A stretch of DNA of 64,000 nucleotides, from contig WRHI01000003.1 of assembly GCA_009783315.1 (NCBI GenBank), forward strand, positions 1,417 through 65,416, given 5' to 3'. The stretch's first letter is position 1, and each line of letters starts with the position of its first letter. The translations under genes were made by a program, and so were the position numbers. The stretch is from Peptococcaceae bacterium. Its GTDB lineage: Bacteria > Bacillota > Desulfitobacteriia > Desulfitobacteriales > Syntrophobotulaceae. Under the pieces are notes generated by a model that was given only the letters and a program-made list of their open reading frames with translations, searched no databases and was not told the DNA's origin. This document shows positions 61,401-64,000 of the stretch, piece after piece.

Positions 61401-63242
61401 TCTCATCTATCCTATAGCCTTGGGCGCTATACCGCAAGCATGACATGGCTGCAGGCCATTACCGGCACGTCTGTTGATTTGATCACCTGGAGACCCGCAG
61501 GCGTTAATGAAGTTGATCAGAATCATGTTAGACAGTCCGTCAACGTGGCGATGAATTACATGTATGATGATACAACATGGACAGAAAGCGATTTCGATGT
61601 CTCTTTGTACAACGAAATAGATTGGCATTACGCGGACCTAGGGTATTGGAATTCCATTGATGGCGGATACGATGAGAACCCCCGCGTAACCAGATCGGCA
61701 GACAATTCCAAATATTATCTTGCGTCCAAACGCTTCAGCAAAGAGGAACTTCCCGTGGGCAGCAAGATTGTCGTTGATGAGGGTTACGGATATCGTCCCG
61801 AGGGATGGGCTGAGAAGAGTGCTGAGGCGCCCGGACGCCCCCTTGAAACAACACAATGTTTTGAGGTTGGTGAAGACTGGTGGGATGGTTTTGAATACCG
61901 CGCGTTCAATGTTTATCAGGCCCCTTACAACTCCGTGAACCTGACTGGCAGGGAAGCGGAGGTAGCATCTCATTTCCGTATTTATGTGCCGGCGTATAAA
62001 TCCCTGGACTGGCGGGCAACAGATGGGGGATACTGGAATTCTCCCAACGGCGGATATGTGGCGGGCGATCCCCAACCCCTTAAGACAGCAGGCAATTCCA
62101 AAAATTTTCTTGCCTCCGGACGCTATTCCAGAGAGGATCTTCCGGTTGGAACAGTTATTGAGATTGACCCCGGTTACCAGTATCGCCCTGAAGGATGGGG
62201 GTATCAGGGCATACCGGCGCCAGGGCGTCCTCCTCTCAGACCAACACAGGGTGGTGTGGATCGCGTGGTTGTGAATCAGACATGGTGGGGGAATTACGAA
62301 TATCGGGGGTTCAATGTGACCACCGATCCTGAAGGCAGCTTGATCGGACGGGAAGATGATGTTGCGTCTCATTTTCGGATTCTTGTGCCTTTATCCGCTT
62401 ATGAAGCGGATGCGATGGATTACAGTCTGTACAACCAACTGGATTTGTCGTATGAATCCCAGCTGGGATTCTGGCTTTCCAATAGTGGCCGATACGATGT
62501 TAACCCCGTGATAAACAAATCAGCAGATAATTCTGGGTGTTATCTTGCGTCATCGCAACGCTATACTCGGGAAGACCTCCCTGTGGGCAGCGTTATTGAA
62601 ATCGACGTGGGCTATTTCTATCGTCCCGAAGGGTGGGCCGCGAATGGTGCGGGATCCCCCGGACGTCCCGATTATGTGACCAAAAACCGAATTGTGATCG
62701 ATGAAGAATGGTGGGAAGGTTACGAATACCGCGCGTTTAATATCGCCAAACTCCCCTATAATCTTGTGAATCTGACCGGTAGGGAAACGGAAACGGCGTC
62801 GCATTTCCGGATTTATGTGCCGGCTTACAAATCCCTGGACTGGCGAGTAACAAACGGGGGATACTGGAATTCTCCCAACGGCGGATATGTAGCCACTGTT
62901 CCCGGGCCTGTTCCGGTTACGACGCAGGTCAATTCTCCGTATTTCCTTGCTTCCGGGCGTTATTCCCAGGAAGATCTTCCCGGTGGAACATTGATAGAAA
63001 TTGATCCCGGTTACCAATATCGTCCTGACGGGTGGGGGTATCAGGGACAACCGGCGCCGGGACGTCCTCTGCCTTGGCCAACACAGAATGTTGTGGATCG
63101 TGTTGGTATGGATCATACGTGGTGGGAGAAATACGAATATCGCGGTTTCAATGTGTGTACAGATCCGCAGAGAGGCCTGATCGGCAGAGAAGATTATGTT
63201 GTGTCCCATTTTCGAATTCTTGTGCCTATGGATATGCCTTAG
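58479..63242 (+). CDS. secreted multidomain protein: N-terminal paralog module, Listeria-Bacteroides repeats, SASA-type esterase, DUF4886-like SGNH-type domain, four C-terminal ~125 aa repeats of unknown family
   Basis: 1587 aa with a signal peptide. SASA motif CIGASNMAGQS...IIHQGTTD...HFT. The DUF4886-like region reads IRILVIGNSYSQDG. An ABAB repeat block occupies about 61620-63239. The start could instead be TTG 58488. Confidence 0.8.
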   Translation: MIVLKRSMRVSFAFVFALFVIPLWFVSDVCAAEPQEKTVTVTFTSYDGNAQVENARETRTIYNGVSEMIPVPPLSDYPDGWEARGWVASETATSSCIDPRLITSLWISDDITFYGVYERQVELAFDTGDNNVQAPANASCPQFVNSSDVTRMYGGRTFLLPPGVIWKGTTFDGWALNNLDGTKYPAESLISIDLQGAGGATMHAVLKYTIRYNGVGGTDLADQTKTVGMPISLRAEEPIRSGLVFKGWALNSSDPEPEYLRGREFDDDEKFKNGELLLYAVWHSRIIFDAAGGSFDENFGAELGADFREDGRPFITRAYYFQAKPLPGGEPAWPGYKFRGWSQDPGNSNARVYAKGEDFAELIYGDYILCAVWEADGPLSPPIIYEADELPSNFDVYLCIGASNMAGQSAAPDPEDLVSIPGVLLFNGTQWETAQFDWRNLTQGLNRYNNLDYYNNGIANQLGAAFYFAKTMQEQSPGRTIGIVADARGSSDINDWSEGGACYNGAVAMTQAALEGTGAKLRGIIIHQGTTDFLTGSLDPGNYARKLNAVVDALRTKFGVTAAECPFIAAEIPYACGINPVTNRFSDEYNSLLPSFVNTARNTDYVSAAADQNIPQNPANPTAGGLETRIQAGDAPHFTTASQREMGKRYALKMLDMQAASLLTYTITFDPMGGVFDEDFDADIGEDGLAFRTWPHIDGGTTLPMRGPKLEGHTFQGWTEDPEESTVSYPPGTILAGTNFNRNLTLFAVWEVNSGRAIRILVIGNSYSQDGMDYNDGGGSHLFQLLKEAGYTDITLGILYRGSCSLEQHWVSAASESNDYEYQTLRSQTSSGVWDNTFSSEKKPPEKKTMRYGIRDEAWDVIVLQQVSGFSHDANSFDPWLSRLIGYIDTHKTNLDVRLGWHMTWAYGLIGETVGTGTLKPTQAAQDIMYNSIISAVERKIVVNPAFDFIIPTGIAIQEMRGHGLGSRLIRDLNSHLSYSLGRYTASMTWLQAITGTSVDLITWRPAGVNEVDQNHVRQSVNVAMNYMYDDTTWTESDFDVSLYNEIDWHYADLGYWNSIDGGYDENPRVTRSADNSKYYLASKRFSKEELPVGSKIVVDEGYGYRPEGWAEKSAEAPGRPLETTQCFEVGEDWWDGFEYRAFNVYQAPYNSVNLTGREAEVASHFRIYVPAYKSLDWRATDGGYWNSPNGGYVAGDPQPLKTAGNSKNFLASGRYSREDLPVGTVIEIDPGYQYRPEGWGYQGIPAPGRPPLRPTQGGVDRVVVNQTWWGNYEYRGFNVTTDPEGSLIGREDDVASHFRILVPLSAYEADAMDYSLYNQLDLSYESQLGFWLSNSGRYDVNPVINKSADNSGCYLASSQRYTREDLPVGSVIEIDVGYFYRPEGWAANGAGSPGRPDYVTKNRIVIDEEWWEGYEYRAFNIAKLPYNLVNLTGRETETASHFRIYVPAYKSLDWRVTNGGYWNSPNGGYVATVPGPVPVTTQVNSPYFLASGRYSQEDLPGGTLIEIDPGYQYRPDGWGYQGQPAPGRPLPWPTQNVVDRVGMDHTWWEKYEYRGFNVCTDPQRGLIGREDYVVSHFRILVPMDMP

Positions 63243-63376
63243 AATGAAGACAGGAGTATTCTCATGAAAACAAAATCGCGTTTGTCTCAGCTAGGATATA
63301 ACGCTAGGGTATCCTTTGATGATTTGAAAGTGTATAAGTTTGGCTTCTGAGAAAAAGAAGAAAAGGGAGTGTTTTC

Positions 63377-64000
63377 ATGAAAGCAAAACGGCAATGGTTC
63401 GTATTCATCTTCGCGGTCGCTTCAGCCTTGTTCCTGAACACACAATGTCTGATTCCGAAGGCTTACGCGGCAGAGCCTCAGGAGAAGACAGTGACAGTCA
63501 CCTTCACCAGTTATGATGGAAACGCACAAGTGGAAAACGCCAGAGAAACCCGAACGATATACAACGGGGTAAGCGAGATGATCCCGGTGCCGCCGTTGAG
63601 CGAGTACCCCGGTGGCTGGGAAGCCCGGGGTTGGGTCGCATCAGAGACGGCCACATCCGGCTGTATCGATCCGCGATTGGTAACGTCCCTTTGGATATCT
63701 GGCGACATCACTTTTTACGGAGTGTATGAACGGCAGGTTGAACTGGCTTTTGAGACCGGTGATGTCAATGTGCAGGTGCCGGCTAATGCGTCCTGTCCGC
63801 AATTTGTCAACAGTTCCGACGTTACCAGAATGTATGGCGGACAAACCTTCCTGCTGCCGCCGGGAGTCGGCAAAGGGGGCGCGCTCTTCGACGGCTGGGC
63901 GTTGCACAGAGTCGATGGCGCGAAGTACCCGGCGGAGAGTTGGGCCTTTATTGATCTGCAGGGCGCCGGCGGCGCTCCAATGCACGCCGTCTGGAAGAAC
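63377..64000 (+). CDS. third paralog of the giant secreted proteins, N-terminal part (runs off the window)
   Basis: ATG 63377 follows AAAGGGAG. Starts MKAKRQWFVFIFAVASALFL...AYAAEPQEKTVTVTFTSYDGNAQ. The open frame runs to the window end. It is not in the supplied track because it has no stop. Confidence 0.8.
   Translation, partial: MKAKRQWFVFIFAVASALFLNTQCLIPKAYAAEPQEKTVTVTFTSYDGNAQVENARETRTIYNGVSEMIPVPPLSEYPGGWEARGWVASETATSGCIDPRLVTSLWISGDITFYGVYERQVELAFETGDVNVQVPANASCPQFVNSSDVTRMYGGQTFLLPPGVGKGGALFDGWALHRVDGAKYPAESWAFIDLQGAGGAPMHAVWKN

Overview
This 64 kb window comes from an endospore-forming, probably anaerobic Bacillota (Firmicutes) chromosome with moderately high GC. Gene order tracks the origin-proximal Bacillus subtilis region: csfB(gin), yaaO-like decarboxylase, holB, yaaT(ricT), yabA, rsmI, then metG, tatD, glmU, prs, pth, fin, mfd, spoVT, mazG, hup, yabO(rqcP), yabP, yabQ, divIC and spoIIE. 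A PFOR (nifJ) gene lies at the left end.

Accessory blocks interrupt this backbone:
- A Hanks kinase plus FHA-ABC transporter pair sits between pth and fin.
- A roughly 1.8 kb non-coding stretch upstream of metG holds mobile-element debris, including an IS256-type transposase fragment and long hairpins.
- An AT-rich BrnT/BrnA toxin-antitoxin islet follows spoIIE.
- A six-gene minus-strand lipid operon (pssA, psd, UbiA-like, two rifampin-phosphotransferase-like PEP-utilizing proteins, CDP-archaeol-synthase-like protein) lies at 39965-47171. I consider it the most interesting candidate system.
- A tRNA-Ala, barnase and barstar islet is followed by spoIVFA/spoIVFB-like genes.
- An orphan BlaR1-type M56 protease is divergent from three paralogous giant secreted proteins carrying Listeria-Bacteroides repeats and a SASA esterase domain.

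Several non-coding repeat families are superimposed on all of this:
- Dispersed tandem 7-mers (ATTGTCC/ATTGTCA) occur at 8 or more loci, once in-frame inside mfd.
- Perfect hairpins followed directly by (GGGGTTA)n arrays occur at two loci, once in-frame in rsmI.
- A roughly 310 bp repeat is present in three copies.
- Long 26-36 bp inverted repeats share a conserved core but have unrelated arms.

All functional calls come from reading motifs by eye. No database search was possible.
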